Below, piece after piece: positions 8,606 through 17,512 of a DNA stretch of 64,000 nucleotides (its first letter is position 1; every line of letters starts with the position of its first letter). The stretch is taken from NCBI GenBank assembly GCA_016709875.1, contig JADJLZ010000009.1, forward strand, positions 218,824 through 282,823, read 5' to 3'. The notes below the pieces were generated by a model. That model made no database searches. It was given only the letters and a program-made list of their open reading frames with translations, and was not told where the DNA came from. The DNA comes from Planctomycetota bacterium. GTDB taxonomy: Bacteria > Planctomycetota > UBA1135 > GCA-002686595. A program made the translations under genes and the position numbers.

Positions 8606-10642
8606 CTACTCGACCAACTTCATCTCCACATTCAACGCCCACGCGCCGTCGATCTGGAAATACTCGAGCTCGAGCTTGTGCTTGCCCGCGGTGAGCTCGA
8701 CCTGCGCCTCGTCGCGCGCCGGCGCGTGCAGGTCCCAGTGCTCGATCACCGTCTTGCCGTCCAGCCGCAGGCGCACGCCGTCGTCCGAGACCACCGCCAG
8801 CGCGAACTTTCCGCCCGCGTCGAGCTCGAACTCCGCCACAGCGCTCATCCCGAAGTGCGAATCGCCCACCGCCTTGCGCACCTGCGCATCGCCGCCCCAG
8901 GGGTCGACCCAGTTCGGACAGGTCTTCGTGATCGCCGGTTGCGTTCCCAGCGCGCGCCACTCGCGCTCCTTCTCGCGCGGATCCGGCCCGTCCCTCCACG
9001 ACCACCAGCTCCCGATCCACCTCACGTCCTTCAACAACCCGCCCGGCAGCCTCGGCTTGGGCCGCGGCTCGCCACTGCGGAAATCCCACGGTCCCCACTC
9101 GCCCATCACGATCGTGTTCAAGCCCTGCGTCTCGCCGCGATCCTTGGCGAAGACCACCAGCTCGCCCTTCACCTCGGGGCACTTCCAGGCGCGCGCCTTG
9201 CGCACCCACTCGGGCTCCTTGCCGTCCCAGCTGCTGAGCGTGCCGTCGCGCACCTCGCCGCTGGCGGTCTTGCCGTCGCGGCCGCGCATCCAGCTCGTCG
9301 CGTCGCCGCGCTCGACCTTCAGGCGCTCCATGCGCATGTCGCCGCCGCTGTCGTAGCTGTTGCCGCCGATGCGCAGCCCGGTCGTCTTGTTGACCACCAG
9401 ATCCTTGCCATTGCGCGCGAACGCGTTCCCGTAGACCCACGTGTCGCGCGAGCTCGTGTCGCGGTTCTGGCCGTAGACGCCCTCAACCAGCTGCTTGTCC
9501 TCGTCCCACCACAGCTCGACGCCGATCTCGTTGGCCTCGATCTGGTTCTCGACGATCGCGTTCTCCTGGCCGTGCTCGATGCTGACGGCACCGCCGAGCG
9601 TGCGCTCGATGTTGTTCCCGAGCACGACCATGCGCCCGGAGTACCCGCCCCAGATCCCGTGCTGGTGGCTGCCGTTGAGCGCGTTCGAGAGCACCCAGTT
9701 GTTCTTCGAGAAGGTGGCCTCGATCGCGTTCGCAACCGCGTACGAGAAGTCGTTGCGGTACCAGATGTTGTCGTCGCAGCCGCCGGCGTCGCGCTCGCCG
9801 CGCTTGAAGGCGTTGCCCTCGTCGACCGTGTCCAGGCCCGCGAACAAGAACACACCGTCCCCGCCGTGCGTGGCGCTGTTCCACGCGAACAAATTCTCGC
9901 TGCACCTCTCGAACATCAGGATCCCGGCCGAGTCCTGGCCGCGCCAGTAGACCCCGTCGCTGAAGCCGCGCACGCAGTAGTCGAACAGGCAGTGGCTCAC
10001 CACGAACTTCGAGGTGCGGTACAGCCCCAGGCCCCAGCCCGAGAGGAACGAGAAGTCGCAGTCCCAGACCTCCCCGCCCGTGCAGCGCGTCAACAGGATC
10101 CCGTTCTGGCCGCGCCGCCCGCGGCAGCCGTGGAGCGAGACGTTCCGGCAGTTCGAGAGGCTCGCCGCCGCGCCGTAGTCGCGCAGCCACTCGCCCTTGT
10201 CGTTGTGGTGCGGGTAGAGCCAGTCGCTGCCGTCCTCGTAGGCGACGTTCGACAGCAGGTGCTTGCCGTACCAGCCGTCGAAGCTGACGCCGTCGAGCGT
10301 GATCCCGTCGCAGTCCTGCGCGACCACGCAACCGCGGTAGCCGCCGATCGTCCCGCCCTTGAGCGTCACGTCGTGGCAGCCCACGAGCACGATCCCGTAG
10401 CCCTCGCAGCGGTCGAGGTCCGTGCCCGCAGGCACGCCGCGCAGCTCCACGCCGGTGAGATCGAGCGTGACGCCCTTCACCGCTTCGATGCGCAGCACGC
10501 CGCGCAGGCCGTCCTCGCCCTGAGGGGGCAGCAGGTACTTCCCGGGAGCGACTTTCGCGCTCTGCTGCACTTCGAGCGTCTGCCCGGCCACGGGTTTCAC
10601 GTCCGCCGTGCACACAACCAGCGCCAAGACTGCGATCAGCAT
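8606..10642 (-). CDS. Secreted parallel beta-helix (pectin-lyase-fold) protein with C-terminal PA14-like domain
   Basis: ATG 10640-10642 with an AGGAG RBS. MLIAVLALVVCTADVKPVAG signal peptide. Many beta-helix repeat turns (NGIL..., NAIVENQIEAN...). C-terminal ...GKHKLELEYFQIDGAWALNVEMKL is typical of PA14. Confidence 0.65.
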   Translation of the reverse strand: MLIAVLALVVCTADVKPVAGQTLEVQQSAKVAPGKYLLPPQGEDGLRGVLRIEAVKGVTLDLTGVELRGVPAGTDLDRCEGYGIVLVGCHDVTLKGGTIGGYRGCVVAQDCDGITLDGVSFDGWYGKHLLSNVAYEDGSDWLYPHHNDKGEWLRDYGAAASLSNCRNVSLHGCRGRRGQNGILLTRCTGGEVWDCDFSFLSGWGLGLYRTSKFVVSHCLFDYCVRGFSDGVYWRGQDSAGILMFERCSENLFAWNSATHGGDGVFLFAGLDTVDEGNAFKRGERDAGGCDDNIWYRNDFSYAVANAIEATFSKNNWVLSNALNGSHQHGIWGGYSGRMVVLGNNIERTLGGAVSIEHGQENAIVENQIEANEIGVELWWDEDKQLVEGVYGQNRDTSSRDTWVYGNAFARNGKDLVVNKTTGLRIGGNSYDSGGDMRMERLKVERGDATSWMRGRDGKTASGEVRDGTLSSWDGKEPEWVRKARAWKCPEVKGELVVFAKDRGETQGLNTIVMGEWGPWDFRSGEPRPKPRLPGGLLKDVRWIGSWWSWRDGPDPREKEREWRALGTQPAITKTCPNWVDPWGGDAQVRKAVGDSHFGMSAVAEFELDAGGKFALAVVSDDGVRLRLDGKTVIEHWDLHAPARDEAQVELTAGKHKLELEYFQIDGAWALNVEMKLVE

Positions 10643-10711
10643 CCTGAATTCTCCTTCGTTCGCTCCGAGCGTACCGAACGCGCCCGGCATCCCCTATCCT
10701 GTTCCCCCCGC

Positions 10712-12067
10712 ATGCCGCTCCCCACCTCCACGCTGCGCACCGGCGCGATCGCCTCCTCCGGAATCCAGCTCCAGCCCGAGCTCCCCGTCTGCCAGACCGA
10801 CCTGCCGCTCGACTGGTACCAGTCGGAGTTCAAACCCTACGCCGAGGAGTACCTCGCGCTGCCCGACCGCAAGCCGGGGACGATCCTGCCCTGGCTCGAC
10901 GGCTACGCGCTGCCTGCGCTCGATCACTTCGGGCCCGCGCTGCTGCTGCTGGCGCACTTCTACATGGGCGGCGAGATCGTGAAGCTCGTCGAGCGCTACG
11001 GCGGCAAGGTGGCCGATTCCTACGCGCTCGCGCTGCAGGCCTCGCGCAACCCGGAGAAGTCGATCATCGTCGAATCCGCCGTGCACTTCATGGCCGAGAC
11101 GATCGCCACGCTCGCCAGCCCCGAGCAGCAGGTCTACATCACCAACCCCAAGGCTGGGTGCACCATGGAGATGCTCGCCAAGGAGCACATGGTCGCGCCG
11201 GTCGTCGACCAGTTGCTCGAGCGCTACGGCGACGATCTCGCGGTGGTCGCGTACATGAACACCTCCGGGCGCATCAAGGCCATCGCCGGCCGCACCGGCG
11301 GCGCCGTGTGCACCTCGTCCAACGCGCACCACGTGCTCGCGCGCGTGCTCTCCGAGCGCAAGCGCGTGCTCTTCGTGCCCGACGAGCACCTGGGCCGCAA
11401 CAGCGCGCTCAAGCTCGGCATCCCGCTGGCGCAGATCCGCGCGCTGCCCAGCCCCGAGCGCTGGCGCTCGAGCTTCTCGCTGCGCGAGATCCCGGGCGGC
11501 CCGGCGTCGCTCGACGACGCGCGCGTGCTGCTCTGGGGCTCGTACTGCGGCGTGCACACGATCTTCAAGCCCGCGCACGTCGAGTACTGGCGCGCGCGCG
11601 GCTACCGCGTGCTCGTGCACCCCGAGTCGCCGCACGAGGTCGTCGCGCTCTCCGACGGCTCGGGCTCGACCGACTACCTGTGGAAGGCGATCGCGGACGC
11701 GCCCTCGGGCTCGCGCCTCTCGATCGGTACCGAGGGCCACTTCGTGCGCAACGCGCGCGAGCAGGCCGCGCTGCGCGGCGTCGAGGTCGTGCACCTGGCG
11801 GACATCCCCGATCCCACGCTCTCCTCGCGCGGTTGCGGCTGCGCGACGATGTCGCGCAACGACCCGCCGCACCTCGCCGGCATGCTGGATCTGCTGCGAC
11901 AGGGCAAGGCGCCCTCGATCAACCGCGTCCTCGCCGGCGACGTCGTCGACGAGCTGAGCGGCGCCCGCGAGCGACTGGGCGACGCGGATCGCGCGACCCT
12001 CGTCGTCGACGCGCGGGGGGCGCTCGAGCGCATGATCGAGATCACCGAGGCCGCCGCGCGCGCCTGA
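10712..12067 (+). CDS. nadA: Quinolinate synthase
   Basis: Motifs HFMAETIA, CTSSNAHHV, RGCGCATM. The 5' part of track ORF 8678..12067 is antisense to the upstream gene; ATG 10712 is chosen. About 80-aa N-terminal extension relative to the usual NadA. Confidence 0.8.
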   Translation: MPLPTSTLRTGAIASSGIQLQPELPVCQTDLPLDWYQSEFKPYAEEYLALPDRKPGTILPWLDGYALPALDHFGPALLLLAHFYMGGEIVKLVERYGGKVADSYALALQASRNPEKSIIVESAVHFMAETIATLASPEQQVYITNPKAGCTMEMLAKEHMVAPVVDQLLERYGDDLAVVAYMNTSGRIKAIAGRTGGAVCTSSNAHHVLARVLSERKRVLFVPDEHLGRNSALKLGIPLAQIRALPSPERWRSSFSLREIPGGPASLDDARVLLWGSYCGVHTIFKPAHVEYWRARGYRVLVHPESPHEVVALSDGSGSTDYLWKAIADAPSGSRLSIGTEGHFVRNAREQAALRGVEVVHLADIPDPTLSSRGCGCATMSRNDPPHLAGMLDLLRQGKAPSINRVLAGDVVDELSGARERLGDADRATLVVDARGALERMIEITEAAARA

Positions 12068-12172
12068 GACGCGAGGGGGCGCAGCGGATTTCGCTGCGGA
12101 ACTGCAACTTGGCGGCTCCGCCCCTATACTGCAACCAGCCTGGCAGCTTGATCCCCATCCAGGGAGACAGGG

Positions 12173-14155
12173 TTGGATTCCATCCTCGTTCGGGCATCCC
12201 TCGCATTCGCCGCCGCCTGCCTGCTGACACTCCCCGCGAGTGCGCACGGAGGCGCCTACCTGCCGACCGGCTGGGGCATGCCGATTCCGAGCACCCCCGG
12301 CTCGCCTTCGAGCACGGGCGGGGTCTCCTTCCCCGGTCCCATGACGGGTGGCACACCGGGCCCCGGACCGACGACCGGCGGGGATCCGGCCTCGGGGCTG
12401 GTCTCCTGGCGCGATTGGTGGCACTTCAACCAGGACGCCTTCCTCGACCTGCGCCGCTCGATCCAGCGCGCGGCGGTCGAGACCGGCGGCGACGGCTTCG
12501 GCCCGCAGTTGCGCTCGCTGCTCAACGCGCGCCTGGACGAGGAGCAGGTGCGCGCCAAGCTCGCCCCCGCGCTGCTCAAGCTGCTCGCCGACGAGTCGAG
12601 CAACGAGATCGCGACCGCCGCGCTCGTCGCGCTCGCGCGCAGCGGTGATGCGCAGCCCGCGCAGGCCAAGGACTCGCTCGTGCCCGCGCTGCGCGCGCGC
12701 CTGACGGATTCTTCGCAGGAGGTCGCCGAGTCGGCGGCGCTCGCGCTGGGCATCCTGGGCGACGAATCCGGTCTCGACCTGCTCGCGAGCCTGTTGCAGG
12801 ACGACGAGGAAGCGCGCAAGCTGCTCGGAGGCGGCCGCTCGGTGAGCACGCGCACGCGCTCCTTCGCCGCGTACTCGCTGGGCCTCTTGGCCGAGCAGGC
12901 GCACAACAACCGCACGCGCCAGCGCGCCGCGCGCGGCCTGTGCGCAGCGCTCGGGGCGCGCCGCGAGCCGCCGCAGGACGTCCAGGTCGCGTGCGTGATC
13001 GCCCTCTCGCTCGACCGGCTCGACCCCGAACGCGGGCAGACGCAGAGCGCCGAGTGGGTCTCGCGCCAGTCGCTCGTGCACGCGCTGCTCGAGTCGCTCG
13101 ACGCGCCGCACCGCCGCGCGACCGTGCGCGCCCACATCGTCACCGCGCTCGCGCGCCTGGTGCTCGACGCCGGCGGAACGCTGCGCACCGAAGTCGAGCG
13201 CGCCCTGCTCGACGAGCTGCGTCGCGGCCGCGCGCTCGAGAACGAGGTCTCGCAGAGCTGCGTGCAGGCGCTGGGTCTGCTGGCCGACGCCGACGCGGAT
13301 CCGCTCGATGTCGAGATGCGCGCGGTGCTGCTGCGCGCGCTCGACACCACCGATCAGGCGACGCGCTTCTTTGCGCTGATCGCCCTGGGCGAGGCCGGCG
13401 GGCACCCGGGCAGCGGCGAGCGCTCGGACGAGGGCCGCGCGCAGTGCCGCAACGCGCTCCTGAACGAGCTCGTGCGCGGCCGCAGCCGCATGCGGCCCTG
13501 GGCGGCGATCGCGCTCGGCGTGCAGGAATTCCGCGTGCGCGGCGCGGGCGGCGAGCCCTCCAGCCAGGTGCGCAAGGAGCTGCGCGACTGGCTGCGCGCC
13601 GAGGGCAGCCCCGAAGAGGTCGGCGCAGGTTCGATCGCGCTCGGACTCGCGCACGACGTGGAAGCGGCGCAGCTCCTGCGCGCCAAGCTGGGCAAGTCGA
13701 GCCCGACCGACTCGCAGGGCTACGTCGCACTCGCGCTGGGCATGACGGGCACCACCGACGCGCTGCCCGAGCTGCGCGCGATCACGCTCGCCGCGCGCTA
13801 CCGGCCCTGGGTGCTCGAACCCGCCGCAACGGCGCTCGCGCTGCTCGGCGACCGCGACATCGAGTCGCAGCTCCTGGACGCGCTGCGCTCGACGCAGAGC
13901 CTGAGCACGCAGTCGGCGCTCGCGCGCGCGATCGGACAGATCGGCGACGCGCGCGTCTTCGATCCGATGCTCGCGCTGGCGCAAGACCGCGGCTTGCCGG
14001 GGAGCACGCGCGCCTTCGCGACCATCGCGCTCGGCATGCTGGGCGAGCGCGGCGACCTGCCCTGGTATGTCCCCCTCGCGCGCGACCGGAACTACATCGC
14101 GGTCACGCCCACGCTGATGGGCGGCGACGGCCAAGGCGTGCTGGAGATCTTCTGA
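12173..14155 (+). CDS. Secreted HEAT/PBS-lyase-repeat protein, paralog 1
   Basis: TTG start at 12173 with an AGGGAGA RBS. Signal peptide ...AACLLTLPASAHG. P/G/T-rich linker. Motif WRDWWHFNQDAFLDLRR, then about 10 HEAT-like repeats (A..ALG.LGD..). C-terminus GVLEIF. Confidence 0.6.
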   Translation: MDSILVRASLAFAAACLLTLPASAHGGAYLPTGWGMPIPSTPGSPSSTGGVSFPGPMTGGTPGPGPTTGGDPASGLVSWRDWWHFNQDAFLDLRRSIQRAAVETGGDGFGPQLRSLLNARLDEEQVRAKLAPALLKLLADESSNEIATAALVALARSGDAQPAQAKDSLVPALRARLTDSSQEVAESAALALGILGDESGLDLLASLLQDDEEARKLLGGGRSVSTRTRSFAAYSLGLLAEQAHNNRTRQRAARGLCAALGARREPPQDVQVACVIALSLDRLDPERGQTQSAEWVSRQSLVHALLESLDAPHRRATVRAHIVTALARLVLDAGGTLRTEVERALLDELRRGRALENEVSQSCVQALGLLADADADPLDVEMRAVLLRALDTTDQATRFFALIALGEAGGHPGSGERSDEGRAQCRNALLNELVRGRSRMRPWAAIALGVQEFRVRGAGGEPSSQVRKELRDWLRAEGSPEEVGAGSIALGLAHDVEAAQLLRAKLGKSSPTDSQGYVALALGMTGTTDALPELRAITLAARYRPWVLEPAATALALLGDRDIESQLLDALRSTQSLSTQSALARAIGQIGDARVFDPMLALAQDRGLPGSTRAFATIALGMLGERGDLPWYVPLARDRNYIAVTPTLMGGDGQGVLEIF

Positions 14156-14184
14156 GCACGCATCCCCCCGCTGCGACTCCTCTC

Positions 14185-16242
14185 ATGAAGTTCCCGCTCC
14201 CCACCGCCTTGCTCGCGCTCGCGCTGCTCGTCGCGCCCACGCACGCCCGCGTCCACGGCAACAACATCCCGCCGCCGCCCGGAGGACCGACCTCCCCGGG
14301 TTCGAGCCCAGCCGGCCCTTCCGGCCCGAGCACGCCCGCGCCGTCGGGTCCCTCGACGCCGACGCCGGGAGCTGCGACGCCGCGGCCGACCGGCCCGTCC
14401 TCGACGCCCGCGGGCGGCGCGCCGCGCACGCCGGGCGGTTCGGGTTCGACCGGCCCGCAGAGCGGCGCAGACGCGCGCTTCCTCGATCCGACCTGGGACC
14501 TGTGGTGGCACTTCCACAAGGACGAGTTCTTCGACCTCAAGCGCCGCGTCTACGAGTCGGTGACGACACCCGACGGCCTGGGCCGCGGCGAATCGCTGCT
14601 GCCCGGCGCGAACCTGGGCTACCGGCCGAGCTCCGAGCAGCTCGCGCGCGACGTCGCGCCGCTGTTCGCCACGCTGCTCGCAAAGGAGCACAACAACGAA
14701 CTCGTGACGAGCACGCTGCTCGCGGCGGGCCGGCTGGGAGAGATCCCCGACGCGGGTGAAGCGGCGCGACTGGCCCCGCTGTGCGCGCGCCTCTTGCGCG
14801 ACCCCAACCAGGAGATCGCCGAGATCGCGGCGCTCTCGCTGGGCCTGCTCGGCTCCGAGTCGAACCTGGCGCTGCTCGAGGGGCTGCTGCGCGACGATGC
14901 CGCAGGGCGCGAAGCCGCAGGCACGCGCGAAGTGCCGATGCGCATGCGCTCCTTCGCGGCCTTCGGCCTGGGCGTGCTCGGGCAGCACCTCGAGGGCAAT
15001 CGACCGCGGCAGATGATCGCGCGCGCACTGACCGACCAGCTCGCGCGCCGCGAGGGCTGCACGACCGACACGCGCGCGGCCTGCCTGATCGCGCTCGGCC
15101 TCGTGCCGCTCGAGCTCGAGCGCGAGGAGAGCGCGAGCGCACCGTGGCTCTCACGCCAGACCGAGCTGCGCTTCCTGCTCGAATTCGTGAACGACGGTGA
15201 GCAGACGCCGGTGCTGCGCGCGCACGCGGCGAATGCGCTGGCCGAACTCGCTTGCGGCAGCACGCCCGAGGCGAAGATCGCCGTGCTCGACGCGCTGATC
15301 GCACTCTCGCGGCGCGATTCGACGCAGGCGACGCTGCGCGAGAGCTGCCTGATGGGCCTGGGCCGGCTCGCCGACGACGACCAGGACCCCGAAGACAAGC
15401 GCGCGCGCGTCGAACTGCGCCGCACCTTCGCTTCGGGCTCGACCTCGGAGCGTGCCTTCGCGTTGATGTCGCTCTCGGAGTGCGCCGCGCGAGCGGGAAC
15501 CGGCCTCGAGCCCGGCTCCGCGCGGAGCGAGTGCCGCGACGTCCTCGCCGAGGAGCTCGCGCACGGCCGCTCGCGCACGCGACCCTGGGCGGCGCTCGCG
15601 CTCGGCGTGCTCGAGTTCCGGCTGCAGCACCAGGGCGCGCAACCGCTTCCCGCCGTGCGCGATGCGCTGCGCCGCGCGCTCGCGGGAGCCGCCGGCCCCG
15701 ACGAGGCCGGCGCGTGCGCGGTCGCGATCGGGCTGACGGGCGACGCGGACGGTGCGCGCGTGCTCGCCGAGCGCCTCGCGGGCGCGGGCGACGACGTGCT
15801 GCGCGGCTATTTCGCGCTGGGCATCGGCCTCTCGGGCAACCACTCGCTGACCGAGGGCGTGCGCACGGTGACCGCGAGCGCGCGCTACCGGCCGTTCCTG
15901 ATGCAGCAGTGCGTCGTCGCGCTCGCGCTCTTGGGCGACAAGAACCTCGCGCCCGGCCTCGCGCAGGATCTGCGCAGCGCGACCGGCCAGGCGAGCCAGA
16001 GCTGGCTGGCGCAGGCGCTCGGCATGGTCGGCGACTCGCGCACGGTGCCGGTGCTGGTCGCGATGGTGCGCGAGCAGGCGCTGACCGACTCCGCCCGCGG
16101 CAACCTCGCCAGCGCGCTCGGAATCGTGTGCGACAAGGACCTGCTGCCCTGGTACCGCGCCTTCTCCGCGCACGTCAACTGGCGCGCCGCCACCTCGACC
16201 CTGATCGCCGGCAACGGCACCGGGATCCTCGAGATCCTCTAG
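14185..16242 (+). CDS. Secreted HEAT/PBS-lyase-repeat protein, paralog 2
   Basis: MKFPLPTALLALALLVAPTHA signal peptide. P/G/S/T-rich low-complexity linker. WDLWWHFHKDEFFDLKRR motif. HEAT-like repeats. C-terminus GILEIL. Same architecture as 12173-14155. Confidence 0.6.
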   Translation: MKFPLPTALLALALLVAPTHARVHGNNIPPPPGGPTSPGSSPAGPSGPSTPAPSGPSTPTPGAATPRPTGPSSTPAGGAPRTPGGSGSTGPQSGADARFLDPTWDLWWHFHKDEFFDLKRRVYESVTTPDGLGRGESLLPGANLGYRPSSEQLARDVAPLFATLLAKEHNNELVTSTLLAAGRLGEIPDAGEAARLAPLCARLLRDPNQEIAEIAALSLGLLGSESNLALLEGLLRDDAAGREAAGTREVPMRMRSFAAFGLGVLGQHLEGNRPRQMIARALTDQLARREGCTTDTRAACLIALGLVPLELEREESASAPWLSRQTELRFLLEFVNDGEQTPVLRAHAANALAELACGSTPEAKIAVLDALIALSRRDSTQATLRESCLMGLGRLADDDQDPEDKRARVELRRTFASGSTSERAFALMSLSECAARAGTGLEPGSARSECRDVLAEELAHGRSRTRPWAALALGVLEFRLQHQGAQPLPAVRDALRRALAGAAGPDEAGACAVAIGLTGDADGARVLAERLAGAGDDVLRGYFALGIGLSGNHSLTEGVRTVTASARYRPFLMQQCVVALALLGDKNLAPGLAQDLRSATGQASQSWLAQALGMVGDSRTVPVLVAMVREQALTDSARGNLASALGIVCDKDLLPWYRAFSAHVNWRAATSTLIAGNGTGILEIL

Positions 16243-16778
16243 CCGCGCTCGGTCTCCCAGATCTGCGCGCCGAAGTGGTCCCAGGGCAGGCGGCCCTCGT
16301 CGCACTGCTCGTCGGTGGAGAACTGGACGTCGACGAAATAGAGGATCGCGCTGCTCGAGGCCGTGCGCAGGTTGCGGCAGCCGTGCGCCACGCCGGGCGG
16401 GATGCGCACGAGGCGCGAGGTCGAGTCGCCCAGGACAAAGCGCATGATCTGGCCTTCCGTCGGCGAGCCCGTGCGCACGTCGGCGAGCACGAGCAGGAGC
16501 TTGTCCGAGGGCGGCACGAACCAGACATCGGTCTGGCGGCGGTGCATGTGGAAGGCCTTGATCGCCAGCGGCTCGAGGATCGAGTAGTTCACCTGCCGCA
16601 CCACGAAGCCGGGGAGCTGCTTGTGCAGGCCCTGGTCGAGCCGGCCGAGCTCGGTCATCGCGCCGCCGTCGTCGTGGAAGCGCTTGAGCTCGACGATCTC
16701 GACACCCTCGATGCGTCTCTTCGGGGTGTAGTCCTGCTTGAAATAGCGCCTCTCGGCTTCGGGGGAGAACTGGGTCAT
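16239..16778 (-). CDS. RmlC-like cupin (dTDP-4-dehydrorhamnose 3,5-epimerase family) protein
   Basis: 179 aa. ...GFVVRQVNYSILEPLAIKAFHMHRRQTDVWFVPPSDKLLLVLADVR...RLVRIPPGVAHG resembles dTDP-sugar epimerase/isomerase cupins. Stop overlaps the kdpE start (ATGA). Confidence 0.5.
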   Translation of the reverse strand: MTQFSPEAERRYFKQDYTPKRRIEGVEIVELKRFHDDGGAMTELGRLDQGLHKQLPGFVVRQVNYSILEPLAIKAFHMHRRQTDVWFVPPSDKLLLVLADVRTGSPTEGQIMRFVLGDSTSRLVRIPPGVAHGCRNLRTASSSAILYFVDVQFSTDEQCDEGRLPWDHFGAQIWETERG

Positions 16779-17512
16779 GAATTGGGCTCCTGAATATCCG
16801 GCTCGGTCGGGGGGGTGCCGGTGAGCTCCAGACGGTAGCCGACGCCGGCCTCGTTGTGGAAGAACCGGCCGCGCGCGGGATCGGGTTCGAGCTTGCGCCG
16901 CAGGTGCGTCATGTAGACGCGCAGGTACTGCGTCTCCTCGGCCGACTGCGGTCCCCAGACCTCGGTCAGCAGCTGGCGGTGAGTCACGACGCGCCCGGCG
17001 TGGCGCGCGAGCACCGCGAGCAGCCGGAACTCGATCGGCGTGAGGCGCACCTCCTGGCCGTCGAGCTCCACGCGCCGGAGTGCGAGGTCGATCTTCAGCG
17101 GCCCCTGCGTCAGCACGCTCTCCTCGGGTCCTTCGGGTCGCGCCGCGCGCCGCAAGGCCGCGCGCATGCGCGCCATGAGCTCGGCGAATCCGAACGGTTT
17201 CGTCAGGTAGTCGTCTGCGCCCGCATCGAGCGCTTCGACCTTGTTGCGTTCCTCGCCGCGTGCCGAGAGGACCAGCACGGGCACTCGGCTCCAGGTCCGC
17301 AGCCGCTGCACGACCTCGGTGCCGTCCATGTCCGGCAGACCCAGGTCGAGCAGCACGACGTCGGGCACGTGCTGCGCCGCTTCGCGCAGGCCGAGCGCGC
17401 CGGTTTCAGCCTCGATCACCGCGAAGCCGTGTGCCTTGAGGCTGGTGCGCAGGAAGCGGCGCAACTGCGGCTCGTCCTCGATCACGAGCACCAGCGGTTC
17501 GGTCGACTTCAC
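16775..17512 (-). CDS. kdpE: KDP operon response regulator (OmpR family)
   Basis: GTG start overlaps the kdpD stop (GTGA). Receiver (LVLVIEDEP...VLLDLGLPDMDG) plus winged-helix output (...LTPIEFRLLAVLARHAGRVVTHRQLL...). Sits next to kdpD. Confidence 0.85.
   Translation of the reverse strand: MKSTEPLVLVIEDEPQLRRFLRTSLKAHGFAVIEAETGALGLREAAQHVPDVVLLDLGLPDMDGTEVVQRLRTWSRVPVLVLSARGEERNKVEALDAGADDYLTKPFGFAELMARMRAALRRAARPEGPEESVLTQGPLKIDLALRRVELDGQEVRLTPIEFRLLAVLARHAGRVVTHRQLLTEVWGPQSAEETQYLRVYMTHLRRKLEPDPARGRFFHNEAGVGYRLELTGTPPTEPDIQEPNS

Noticed and set aside
8678-12067. 1129-aa plus-strand ORF in the track
   Set aside because: Only its last 451 codons (10712-12067) look like a real protein, NadA. 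The 5' two-thirds is Arg/Ala/Pro-rich antisense of the beta-helix/PA14 gene, typical of GC-rich antisense frames.
10694-14134. 1146-aa minus-strand ORF
   Set aside because: Antisense to nadA and HEAT-repeat paralog 1. The composition is R/A/G-rich without recognisable motifs.
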